From an uncultured Thermodesulfatator sp. (GTDB taxonomy: Bacteria; Desulfobacterota; Dissulfuribacteria; Dissulfuribacterales; QOAL01): DNA of 29,803 nt. The stretch lies in contig CAZOMT010000007.1 in assembly GCA_964581255.1 (NCBI GenBank), forward strand, positions 1-29,803. The letters run 5' to 3'. Position 1 is the first letter of the stretch, and each line of letters starts with the position of its first letter. The notes beneath the pieces were generated by a model. That model had not been told where the DNA came from, ran no database searches, and saw only the letters and a program-made list of their open reading frames with translations. The translations under genes were made by a program, and so were the position numbers. This document shows positions 16,919-25,779 of the stretch, piece by piece.

Positions 16919-17890
16919 ATGCATCCTTTGGAAAACAATCAGGAAGAGAAGTTTCTCAACTATGAAAGGATACAGTTTGAGGGAAAGTGGCTTTGGGTAC
17001 CGTCTCCTGTAGAGCTTCCTATAAGGCGTATAATCGACAGGGATGACATAATGGAGAAGGCCCTTGCAGCCTGGGCCAGGCTGGATGGTCTTCCACCCCT
17101 GAATTTTCGTTTCTACGGCCCTCATGGAACTGGCAAAAATGCCATTGTCTACAGGCTGGCACAGCTTCTAAAAAAGGATCTTTACATTATAAATGGGCAT
17201 GAGGAGCTTGGGCCAGAGGACATCGCGTGTTCTGCCACCATGACCTCAAGCCAAACTATAGAGTACGTGGCCTCTCCCCTTTTTGCAGCTATGCTAAGGG
17301 GTGGGATCTGCTTCTTTGACGAGATCGGCAAGGCCCCTTCAAGGGCCCTCGCCCCTCTTGCCTCTGTCCTGGATGACCGCCGCACCCTCACCTCGGTCCT
17401 TGCCGGAATTCATCTTAAGGCTCACCAGGATTTCCTTTTCTGTGCAGCCCTCAATGAAGACGAGGAAGGGGGCTTTGGGCTTCCGGGCTTTATAGACGAG
17501 CGGACAAGGCCAGCCATCTATGTAGGGTGTCCAGATGTTAGTACCCTGGAAAAGATTTTGAGGAGTCATCTGCCAGGGGCATCAAACCTGTGGTTTACGG
17601 TCTTTCTGGAGGAGTTAAGAGACAAGGAGATTTCCCCAAGGGTTGCTATTATCTTGCTTAGCTACGCATACAGGCTGTCCCGGGCAGATGGCCGCGGGCT
17701 TACCAGAAGGCACATAAGAGGCTTTCTCAGGCGGGCCTGGGAGGACCTAGAAAAGGGGAAGACAGACTATTTCGAGGAACGGGAAGATCAAGATTGTCAG
17801 GATGATCAAGATATAGACGAGGGGGAAGACGATGATGTGGACGGGGTGGACCTCAATTTGCTCGTGCAGGAAGATGAAGCCCTTCATTGA
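16919..17890 (+). CDS. MoxR-like / AAA_5-type AAA+ ATPase with an acidic C-terminal tail
   Basis: AGGAGG (16905-16910) lies 8 nt before ATG 16919. Walker A is FYGPHGTGKNAIV, with Asn where Thr/Ser is canonical. Walker B is ICFFDEIG. FCAALNE is a possible sensor-1 Asn. The tail is EDQDCQDDQDIDEGEDDDVDGVD. Confidence 0.7.
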   Translation: MHPLENNQEEKFLNYERIQFEGKWLWVPSPVELPIRRIIDRDDIMEKALAAWARLDGLPPLNFRFYGPHGTGKNAIVYRLAQLLKKDLYIINGHEELGPEDIACSATMTSSQTIEYVASPLFAAMLRGGICFFDEIGKAPSRALAPLASVLDDRRTLTSVLAGIHLKAHQDFLFCAALNEDEEGGFGLPGFIDERTRPAIYVGCPDVSTLEKILRSHLPGASNLWFTVFLEELRDKEISPRVAIILLSYAYRLSRADGRGLTRRHIRGFLRRAWEDLEKGKTDYFEEREDQDCQDDQDIDEGEDDDVDGVDLNLLVQEDEALH

Positions 17891-19979
17891 GTATCCTGGG
17901 TACGGCAGGCTCTTTGTACTTCCCTACATAAGGAGCAGGCTAGTATTTGCCCAACTTGCGGCAAGAGCCCTTGAAGAGGAGAGGTTCGACCAGGTGCTTG
18001 TGGACCTTCCCTACTTTTTAAACAATGGAAGCACACTTGAGTCCGCCTTAGGACACTTTCCCCTTGTAAGCATACTAATATTAAAAAGGAACGATTCCAG
18101 CCATGTCTTTTTCCCCTTTGTGCCTAGTGACGCAGGTTGTATCTCTGCCCGGATTGCCATGGAAAGATCTATCCCTTTTGAGTGTATAGATGACTCAAGA
18201 CTGCCGTACTTTCCGGAAGGATCCATGTTTCGTCCCTCTGTGACTGGACTTCCAGACGACTATCTTGTCTTTGATATGGGACTTAAAGAATATTTTGCCC
18301 CTTTCTGGAGCCACCTTGACTATCTTTGGGAGAAAGCTTCTCACATTGAGCGCTATTTTACCTCCCTTCGTATAGCTGTTCTTGGAGAGCGTCTTAAAAA
18401 GGCCCTTTCACAAGGGGAAAAGGTATTATTTGTGTGTGAAACCAGTCTTTGGCAGGCTATAAAGAGGTGGCTTGATGGCGAGAGCACACCTCCAAATCCT
18501 ATACACATAAACTGCAAGGACCTTCAAGGCGCTCTTGTCTTTGAGAGTCCACTAAACCTCTGGTCTCGAGGCTTGTTGGATGACTATCCTTTGCTGGTCT
18601 TTAAGTTTTGGAAGAGTCTTGAGGACAAGGAGGGATCATCCTTTGACAAACTTGATGCCTTCAAAAGGGTCATGGAGGAACTGCTTCAACCGGAAAGTCT
18701 CACAAAGGCAGGGAATCCTTCTATCCGTCTTCTTATTATCTTTAAGCAGTACCTCAAGACCCAAATGGTGTCCCATAAGAGGGTGATCCCTCATCCCACA
18801 GACCACCTTTTTGAGAGTGCAAAAAGCTGTATGGGTATGGACATGGCCACACACATTGCAAGAAGGTTCCTTTATTATTTTTCTCCTCTGGATTTTATAA
18901 TCTCTATGTCCCAGTACCCTCTTTTTCTAGTCAGACAGGATGAAATAGTCCCAAGCGAAGGTGCCTCTGAGCTGCCAGACCTTACAGATGCAAGGTACTA
19001 CTATTTCTTTGATATTTCTTCAGGTCCTTATCACTTTAAGCCAGGCCATCCAGAGGAAAATCTGGTATACTGGAAAAATGTTATATTGCCTTCCATGACC
19101 AGAAAAGAATTGGTCGAGCTGAACAGAAACGGAGGAGAGTGCACGATAAGATGGACCGTGGCTCAGGACTATGGGCTTCATGCCAGGGTATGTTCTTATG
19201 TGAAGGAAAAGGTAACAAGGGCAGCGGCAACTGTCAGGATAAGGCGTAGCTGGGGACAGATGATGGATGGGATCCACTGGAAGGCTACACTTTGTGCTTT
19301 AGCAAGGGGTGAAAAGGCAGTATACGTAAAGGAGAGAGCCGGAAGGAAGGCAGGTTTTCCAAGGATGAATGATTTTACTCCGGTGGTGTTTCTCTTTTCC
19401 AGGGAGGCCGACAGATCTTACTCTTGTGTCATACACGACAGTAACGAGAAGCTAAGGAACATGGAGCTTGATGGCTATTATCCAAATTCAGATACATATC
19501 CTCAGGGTGATCTCGATATGGTCTACTCAGTATTTTATACTATAAGTAGCAATAGAACATTTTGGAGCCCCCACTTTGCAAGAGAGCACTTAACATCCAT
19601 TGCCATGCTGTGCACTATAAGAGCGATGGGATCTGAGAGATATCAAGCCATCACCAGGCGGCCAAAAAGGTATCAGTGCCGCATACACCCAAGGGACGAT
19701 AAAGAATTGCAAGACTTTTCCCTCTTGGAAAAGGGGGTTGCCTGGGCCGTAAAGTATGCAGAGGATGTGGTAGTGGTGGTGCACTATCCGGGATGGAGTC
19801 CTTCTGCAAGGCTATTAAGTTTTGCTCGGAAAAAGGGGGTAATGCTTGAGTGCATTTCCATGTCCTGTCTTTCAAAACGCCTTGTAAGGAGGCTTCGACA
19901 TTTGCATTTTGTGTCCACAGCCTTGAAAAGACACCCTGAATATGAGAGGATTGTGAGGAGATTTTTGCATTTGGTGTGA
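17832..19979 (+). CDS. Large uncharacterised protein translationally linked to the MoxR-like ATPase
   Basis: Uninterrupted ORF. ATG 17832 has GAGG 9 nt upstream and overlaps the upstream gene by 59 nt. Alternative ATG 17874 (MKPFIEYPGYG...) overlaps by 17 nt. I found no motif I can name with confidence. Its size and position next to a MoxR-type ATPase recall the YehL/YehM (DUF5682) pairing, but that is unverified. Confidence 0.55.
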   Translation: MMWTGWTSICSCRKMKPFIEYPGYGRLFVLPYIRSRLVFAQLAARALEEERFDQVLVDLPYFLNNGSTLESALGHFPLVSILILKRNDSSHVFFPFVPSDAGCISARIAMERSIPFECIDDSRLPYFPEGSMFRPSVTGLPDDYLVFDMGLKEYFAPFWSHLDYLWEKASHIERYFTSLRIAVLGERLKKALSQGEKVLFVCETSLWQAIKRWLDGESTPPNPIHINCKDLQGALVFESPLNLWSRGLLDDYPLLVFKFWKSLEDKEGSSFDKLDAFKRVMEELLQPESLTKAGNPSIRLLIIFKQYLKTQMVSHKRVIPHPTDHLFESAKSCMGMDMATHIARRFLYYFSPLDFIISMSQYPLFLVRQDEIVPSEGASELPDLTDARYYYFFDISSGPYHFKPGHPEENLVYWKNVILPSMTRKELVELNRNGGECTIRWTVAQDYGLHARVCSYVKEKVTRAAATVRIRRSWGQMMDGIHWKATLCALARGEKAVYVKERAGRKAGFPRMNDFTPVVFLFSREADRSYSCVIHDSNEKLRNMELDGYYPNSDTYPQGDLDMVYSVFYTISSNRTFWSPHFAREHLTSIAMLCTIRAMGSERYQAITRRPKRYQCRIHPRDDKELQDFSLLEKGVAWAVKYAEDVVVVVHYPGWSPSARLLSFARKKGVMLECISMSCLSKRLVRRLRHLHFVSTALKRHPEYERIVRRFLHLV

Positions 19980-20037
19980 GGTGCATTGCCCGCCATAATT
20001 TGTAGGTATCAGTAGGAAAAAGAGGAGGGATGCAGGG

Positions 20038-22677
20038 ATGCATGATGGATTAAGTGAAGTGAAAAGGAGGGGTGATCCTGAAGCCATACTCTCCATTTGG
20101 CGTACAGAGGTCATTAAAGGGCCAGAGGTGTCTTCGCTACAGAAACCTATTGGTGACTGGCCGGATCAGATAAGTAGAGAGGCAGAAGAACGTGTTCGAG
20201 GACTAGGGGCAGATATCCCATGGGGCTATGGCCAAAAGTTTGGGGAGAGGGATTTCAGAGTCACAGGGCTGAGGGCAGGTGGGATAGGAGTGGTCCTCCT
20301 TGTTGAGTCCGACACCCCTGAGGGGAAAAGGTTTTATGCGGCAAAGACCCTCCTTCCTTTTCTAAAACCCGAATATCTTAAAAAATCTTTACAAGAGCAG
20401 GAGCGTATCTCCCAGGCCTTTCTTGAAGAGGCCCTCCCCTGGCTTGAGATGGGCCAGCATCCTCACATCGTTCCTGTGCTTCTTCTTGAGAAGGTTGTTC
20501 ACCTGGGGCTTAACAGGAGCATTCCATTTATCTTTTCTCTGTTCATGCCAAGGGGAAGCCTTAAAGAATATTTAGCTCAAAGGGGCAGGTTAAGTCTAAG
20601 GGAGTCCTTGGCCCTTGGCATCCAGCTTTGTGACGGGCTTGTCCATGCCTACGGACATGGCCTTGATGCCCATCTCGATCTTAAACCAGAGAATATCATG
20701 GTCCATGACGACGGGGTCTTTAGAATTACGGACTTCAGCTCAGGTGTAATTGGCACTCCTGGCTACATGGCCCCCGAGCAGGTACCGGCCCTGTGGCAAA
20801 AACGCGGGACAGGGTTTGTCACCAATGATATTTCAATGGATCACAGGGCGGACCAGTTCGCCCTTGGCATTGTTTTGCTTGAGGCCTTGAATGGAGAGCA
20901 TCCATTTCCCATCTGCTTTGACGCTTGCGGAAGTATGGGATGGGCCAGGGAGTATCTGGACAAGGGAGTAGGCAGCCTCAAAGACAACAGCAGCATCCCT
21001 GAGGGTTTGAAGAAGATTCTTTCCCGCATCCTGTCCCTGGCACCTGATGACCGGTTTCCTGATATGTCCGTTCTAAAGGCCGAGTTGCTTGATCTGTATG
21101 AGAGGGAATTTGAGCGCTACAAGGCACCAGGAGTCGAACTAGATTATTCGGCCAATTGGTGCTTTGAAAGGGGGATGGCGTTTTACACCCTGGGCCGTTA
21201 TGCCTCTGCCGAGGAGCCATTTAATGAAGCCCTTTTTGTCTTTCGATCAATGCCAGGTACAGAGCTTGAGCAGGCTATCTGCAAGGTTAGTCTTGGGACT
21301 GTATTGGGATTGATCGGTCGTTTTGAGGAAGCAGTGTCATTATATGAAGATGCGCTTATTATATATCGCTCAATACCTGGTACAGAACTCAAGCAGGCAG
21401 CTTGCATAATACACCTTGGGCTTATCTATTCAGATACAGGTCATTTTGAAGAAGCGATCTCAGCATATGAGGAGGCCCTTAGCATTTTTCGATCAATCCC
21501 AGGAACAGAGTTTGAGCAGGCTAAGTGCATGGGCAATCTTGGAAATGTCTATCAAAAAATCGGTCTCTTTGAGGATGCGATGTCTATCTATAGAGAGGTA
21601 CTTAGTATCTACCGTCTGCTCCCAGGAACAGAGTTTGACCAGGCTATCTGTACAATGAACTTTGGGACCAGCTGTTCTCAGGCAGGTCATTTTGAAGAAG
21701 CGATGTCAGCATATGAGGAGGCCCTTGGCATTTTTCGATCAATCCCAGGAACAGAATTTTATCAGGCTATCTGCACAATGGAGTTTGGACTCGTTTATTT
21801 GGGGAGCGGTCATTATGAGGAATCGCTACCTTACTTAGAGGAAGCCCTTAGCATCTATCAATCAATTCCAGGCACTGAGCTTAAGCAGGCTAACTGCATG
21901 AAAAATATAGGAGATGCCTTTGACAGGACTGGTCGTTTTGAGGAAGCAATGTCATACTTAGAAGGAGCTTTTAGTATTTATAGCTTGATTCCCGGTACTG
22001 AAATTAATCAGGCTAAATGCATTATGAGCCTTGGGAACGTGTATTCGAATATCGGTCATTTTGATGAAGCGATTTCAAAATATGAGGAGGCACTTGATAT
22101 CTATAGTTCAATTCCAGGCACTGAGCTTAACCAGGCCCACTGCACAGTGAATCTTGGAAATGTTTATTTAGACATGGATTGTCCTGAGGAAGCAATATCA
22201 GCCTTTGAGGAGGCATTTAGTATCTATAGCTCGATCCCTGGTACAGAGCTTTACCGGGCTACCTGCAAAAAGAAGCTTGGGGATGCCTATTGGCAGACAG
22301 ATCAGTTTGATAATGCATATTCAGCTAATTTATACGCTATTAATATTTATAGTTCAATTCCAGGTAAAGAGCACGATTTGGCTATCTGTATAGCAAATCT
22401 TGGAAATGTGTATGCAGACTTAGGTTACATTGAAGAAGCGCGTTCAGCCTATGAAAAGGCCCTTGGTATGTTTTGTTCAATCTCTGATACAGAACTTGAA
22501 CAGGCGCAATGTATGTGCAGCTTGGCCGTCATTTACTATCAAGAAATAGAGGATCCCGATAAGGCCTTCCGGTATGCTGTTTACGCCCTAAAGCTCTGTG
22601 AGCCTTTTCCCCCGGAAAAAACAGCCAAGATAAGAGAGGTCTGTAAGACGGTTTTAGAACGTCTGGGTCTAATCTGA
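20038..22677 (+). CDS. Non-RD Ser/Thr kinase-like domain fused to 11 tandem TPR units
   Basis: Kinase (~20260-21090): LRAGGIGVV, YAAKT, HLDLKPEN (HRD changed to HLD), DFS in place of DFG, GTPGYMAPE. From ~21140 to 22600 there are 11 repeats of a ~41-42-aa unit: EEA.S.YEEAL.IYRSIPGTE..QA.C..NLG.VY...G.F. Confidence 0.8.
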   Translation: MHDGLSEVKRRGDPEAILSIWRTEVIKGPEVSSLQKPIGDWPDQISREAEERVRGLGADIPWGYGQKFGERDFRVTGLRAGGIGVVLLVESDTPEGKRFYAAKTLLPFLKPEYLKKSLQEQERISQAFLEEALPWLEMGQHPHIVPVLLLEKVVHLGLNRSIPFIFSLFMPRGSLKEYLAQRGRLSLRESLALGIQLCDGLVHAYGHGLDAHLDLKPENIMVHDDGVFRITDFSSGVIGTPGYMAPEQVPALWQKRGTGFVTNDISMDHRADQFALGIVLLEALNGEHPFPICFDACGSMGWAREYLDKGVGSLKDNSSIPEGLKKILSRILSLAPDDRFPDMSVLKAELLDLYEREFERYKAPGVELDYSANWCFERGMAFYTLGRYASAEEPFNEALFVFRSMPGTELEQAICKVSLGTVLGLIGRFEEAVSLYEDALIIYRSIPGTELKQAACIIHLGLIYSDTGHFEEAISAYEEALSIFRSIPGTEFEQAKCMGNLGNVYQKIGLFEDAMSIYREVLSIYRLLPGTEFDQAICTMNFGTSCSQAGHFEEAMSAYEEALGIFRSIPGTEFYQAICTMEFGLVYLGSGHYEESLPYLEEALSIYQSIPGTELKQANCMKNIGDAFDRTGRFEEAMSYLEGAFSIYSLIPGTEINQAKCIMSLGNVYSNIGHFDEAISKYEEALDIYSSIPGTELNQAHCTVNLGNVYLDMDCPEEAISAFEEAFSIYSSIPGTELYRATCKKKLGDAYWQTDQFDNAYSANLYAINIYSSIPGKEHDLAICIANLGNVYADLGYIEEARSAYEKALGMFCSISDTELEQAQCMCSLAVIYYQEIEDPDKAFRYAVYALKLCEPFPPEKTAKIREVCKTVLERLGLI
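21140..22600 (+). repeat. Intragenic tandem repeat (~123-126-bp units) encoding the TPR array
   Basis: Eleven (S/L)IPGTE-type units. Some units are near-identical at the nucleotide level. For example, ~75 nt starting at 21439 and at 21685 (ggtcattttgaagaagcgat.tcagcatatgaggaggccctt.gcatttttcgatcaatcccaggaacaga) differ at only a few positions. Confidence 0.8.
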
Positions 22678-22712
22678 GGAAACCCGGGCAGTGGTTTTGG
22701 TAGAGTTTAACC

Positions 22713-25079
22713 ATGTTTCCTTTTACGCATTCCATTATCTTTGTATGGCAGATAGCAGCCATTGAGGCTATATCGCAAGACCACGAGTTTCTTGAAAAAG
22801 AGCACGTCTTTTGCGCTCTGTGTAAGGCCCACGAGCTTCTTCAAGAAGATATCTTGGAACAGCTTGGGGTGAAGGGGGTCTCCCTTGAGGCCATCAGAAA
22901 AGAGCTTTTTCCAGTACAATCAGCCTTCAACGCTACCTGTACAGACCCTAAGCACCTGCGCCGCAAATTAAGGATCCTTATCGGCCAGGGGGATTATGAA
23001 CGAAGGAAGGGAGAGGTCATTCACAGAAGCAGGGAGTGTAAGAGGTGCTTTGAGAGTGCAGCAGGGCTTGCCAAGGCAGAAGGCAGCGGCCTCCTTTCCC
23101 CTGTTCATCTTTTCACAGCTCTTCTTCTTGAGCCCACGCCTCACATCGAAAGAGTGCTTATGGAGCTTGGCACCACGTCCAAGGATCTTCTTGAGGCCCT
23201 TCACTCAGGCAAAGGACCACACAAATCCCGGTCATACCTTGAGCGCATCGGCCGAGATCTCGTATCCCTTGCAAAAAAGAGGGAACTTAAGCCACTTATA
23301 GGTAGGCAGGCCGAGCTTCTTCAGATCATCCGTACACTTCTTCGCAGGGATAAGAACAATCCAGTTCTCGTGGGAGATGCAGGGGTAGGTAAGACTGCCA
23401 TTGTAAAGGGTCTTGCCCAAAGGATTTCTGATCGCAATATTGATAAGAGTCTCTGGGGTGTGCAGATCATAGAGATCAATCTTTCATTTCTTCTTGCTGG
23501 AGCAAAATACAGGGGCGAGTTCGAGGAACGGCTCCTGAGGGTTATAGAAGAGGCCAGGGCACGGCCTGAAGTCATACTGTTTATTGACGAGATCCACACT
23601 GTAGCCGAGGCTTCGAGGGCCACGGGCAGCTTGAATGCATCGGATATCATGAAGCCCTTCCTTGTCAGAGGGGATCTCAGGGTGATCGGGGCCACCACTA
23701 CAGATGAGTACCGCCGCTACATAGAGAAGGACCCTGCACTTGAGCGGCGGTTTCAGCCAATCATGGTGGACGAGCCTTGCCGTGAGGATACACTTGAGAT
23801 CTTGAATGGCCTTAAGGTGATATATGAGAGCCACCATGGGGTTAGTATTGATCAAGAGGCCATATCCGCTATACTGGATCTTTCTATACAGTATCTTCCA
23901 TACCGACGCCTGCCAGACAAGGCCATAGACCTCATGGACAAGGCCTGTGCTGCAGTAAGGGTCTCTACTGTGAGCATTTCCAATAGCTCTGAACCTGAAG
24001 AGCCCAGTATCTACCAGGAGGACACAGGCCCGGTACCCCAGCGTCCGGTAGTCACCCCAGATGTGGTGGCACAGTTGGTAAGGGAGGAGACCGGGATACC
24101 TGTAGCCAGGGCCAACGCCCATGACCGTGATATGCTTCTTGGCCTCTCTGAGGTGTTGAAAGACCAGATTGTGGGCCAGGATGAGGCGGTAGAGAAGGTC
24201 TGCCAAGCGGTAAGGCTCTCCCATGTAGGCCTTAAGGATGCTGGGAGGCCCTTGTGTGTGTTCCTGTTTCTTGGTCCAACAGGTGTTGGGAAAACCGGGC
24301 TTGCAAAGGCACTTGCAAGGGGCCTTTTCGGGTCGGCAAACTGCGTGATTCGCCTTGATATGTCTGAGTACATGGAGAGTCACAGTGTGGCAAGGCTCAT
24401 TGGTTCGCCCCCTGGTTATGTGGGGCATGAGGAAGGCGGACAACTTACAGAGGGGCTGAAGAGGAAGCCATACTCTGTTGTGCTCCTTGATGAGATCGAG
24501 AAGGCGCATCCCAGGGTTCTCGATGTGTTTCTCCAGGTATTTGACGAGGGCCGCCTGACTGACGGCAAGGGAGGAACAGTGGATGCCACAAACGCCATCT
24601 TCATCATGACCTCGAATCTTGGTGCTCTGGTCTACCACAAGGAGCCCATGGGCTTTGTTGGACCGGACAGCCAGGAGTATACAAACGTGGTGAATGAGGA
24701 TATTGAGGCAAGACTGAGAAATACCTTGCACCCCGAGTTTCTGAGCCGCATTGACGAAACGGTCCTTTTCCGCCCGCTTGACATAGAGGCCCTTGTGCTC
24801 ATAGCCGGAAAGATGTTTGAGTCACTCAAGAAAAAGATGGCATCAGAGCGAAAGATATTCCTTGGCGTTGAAGCCGGTGTCCTTGAGCTTCTTGCAGAGA
24901 AAGTCCATAACGAGCCTCTGGAAGGCGCAAGACACATGAAAAGGCTTATCAGGCAGATGGTAGAGGTCCCGCTAAGTGAGAGAATCATTAAAGGAGAGAT
25001 CAATCAATGGGACCGGGTGGTCATCCGTCGTACCTCAGGGGATGAGCTTGTTATTGGACTGGATTACAGGACAGAGTAG
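22713..25079 (+). CDS. ClpA/ClpC-like class-I double-AAA+ unfoldase (Clp_N domain, two AAA+ modules, no long M-domain)
   Basis: - Clp_N-type N-terminus: IAAIEAISQDHEFLEKEHVFCALCK.
- D1: LIGRQAEL..., Walker A GDAGVGKTAIV, Walker B ILFIDEIH.
- D2: IVGQDEAV, Walker A GPTGVGKTGLAKALA, Walker B VVLLDEIEKAHP, sensor-2-like GARHMKRLI.
- Only a ~45-aa linker where ClpB/ClpC carry the coiled-coil M-domain.
- PMGFVG loop (MGF at 24648-24656) at the position of the ClpP-docking IGL/IGF/VGF tripeptide. Confidence 0.85.
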   Translation: MFPFTHSIIFVWQIAAIEAISQDHEFLEKEHVFCALCKAHELLQEDILEQLGVKGVSLEAIRKELFPVQSAFNATCTDPKHLRRKLRILIGQGDYERRKGEVIHRSRECKRCFESAAGLAKAEGSGLLSPVHLFTALLLEPTPHIERVLMELGTTSKDLLEALHSGKGPHKSRSYLERIGRDLVSLAKKRELKPLIGRQAELLQIIRTLLRRDKNNPVLVGDAGVGKTAIVKGLAQRISDRNIDKSLWGVQIIEINLSFLLAGAKYRGEFEERLLRVIEEARARPEVILFIDEIHTVAEASRATGSLNASDIMKPFLVRGDLRVIGATTTDEYRRYIEKDPALERRFQPIMVDEPCREDTLEILNGLKVIYESHHGVSIDQEAISAILDLSIQYLPYRRLPDKAIDLMDKACAAVRVSTVSISNSSEPEEPSIYQEDTGPVPQRPVVTPDVVAQLVREETGIPVARANAHDRDMLLGLSEVLKDQIVGQDEAVEKVCQAVRLSHVGLKDAGRPLCVFLFLGPTGVGKTGLAKALARGLFGSANCVIRLDMSEYMESHSVARLIGSPPGYVGHEEGGQLTEGLKRKPYSVVLLDEIEKAHPRVLDVFLQVFDEGRLTDGKGGTVDATNAIFIMTSNLGALVYHKEPMGFVGPDSQEYTNVVNEDIEARLRNTLHPEFLSRIDETVLFRPLDIEALVLIAGKMFESLKKKMASERKIFLGVEAGVLELLAEKVHNEPLEGARHMKRLIRQMVEVPLSERIIKGEINQWDRVVIRRTSGDELVIGLDYRTE

Positions 25080-25156
25080 TAAAGATGATATCAAATATGG
25101 GAGAGGGAAGTGGAGATTGATTGATCCTATTGGAGGTGAGTATCTGGAGGTTTTCC

Positions 25157-25774
25157 ATGGGAGGAGAACTAAGAATAGGTAGAATTCTTGTCTCTACTGG
25201 GGCAAACGGCCCTGGAACAAGGCTTGTGATTTGGTTTCAGGGCTGCCCCTTTTGCTGCAAGGGATGCTTTAATCCCGAATTTCATGACACTGAAGGCGGA
25301 AGCCTCATGTCACGCAGTGAGCTTTTCAACCGTATTGTCTGTCAGCCAGACATTGAAGGAGTCACGTTTACAGGTGGGGAGCCCCTCCTTCAGGCATCAT
25401 CACTCATCCCTTTGGCCCAGGCCATAAAGGGCGCAGGCCTTACAATCGTCTGCTACACGGGCTACACCCTTGAACAGATCAAGGTCGGCATTCCCCCTTC
25501 AGCAAGGCATCTTGTTCCATATCTGGACATACTCATAGACGGGCTCTTTGAAGAGAAGGAAAAGGCCCCGTTGCTTTGGAGGGGAAGCCGCAATCAGAGG
25601 GTACATTTCCTCACTAACAGATACGAACACTTGGCAGAGCAGGCAAACCAGGAGGGCCGAAGGGAGGCAGAGGTCCTGGTTGGACCGGATTCCATTGCTA
25701 TGACAGGCATATTTGACATTGAGTTTTGGGAGAGACTAAAGGCCAAGTTAAGTGGCCATAACAATGAGAGGTAA
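25157..25774 (+). CDS. NrdG/PflA-like radical-SAM activase-family protein (4Fe-4S CxxxCxxC)
   Basis: GGAGG (25146-25150) lies 6 nt before ATG 25157. NGPGTRLVIWFQGCPFCCKGCFNPE (cluster motif ~25241-25267) and VTFTGGEPLLQ match the anaerobic RNR-activase-type family pattern. The size (~205 aa) also fits. Confidence 0.75.
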   Translation: MGGELRIGRILVSTGANGPGTRLVIWFQGCPFCCKGCFNPEFHDTEGGSLMSRSELFNRIVCQPDIEGVTFTGGEPLLQASSLIPLAQAIKGAGLTIVCYTGYTLEQIKVGIPPSARHLVPYLDILIDGLFEEKEKAPLLWRGSRNQRVHFLTNRYEHLAEQANQEGRREAEVLVGPDSIAMTGIFDIEFWERLKAKLSGHNNER

Positions 25775-25779
25775 ATAAA

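Noticed and set aside
19651-20114. Minus-strand ORFs (130, 70 and 80 aa) spanning the junction between the 715-aa gene and the TPR-kinase gene
   Set aside because: They are antisense to two well-supported plus-strand genes, have low-complexity composition and lack a ribosome-binding site.
23484-24731. 415-aa minus-strand ORF, the longest antisense ORF in the window
   Set aside because: It lies entirely inside the ClpA-like gene, whose plus-strand translation carries unmistakable double Walker A/B Clp motifs. The antisense product has no recognisable motif or plausible start context. Long antisense ORFs are expected opposite genes with this codon usage.
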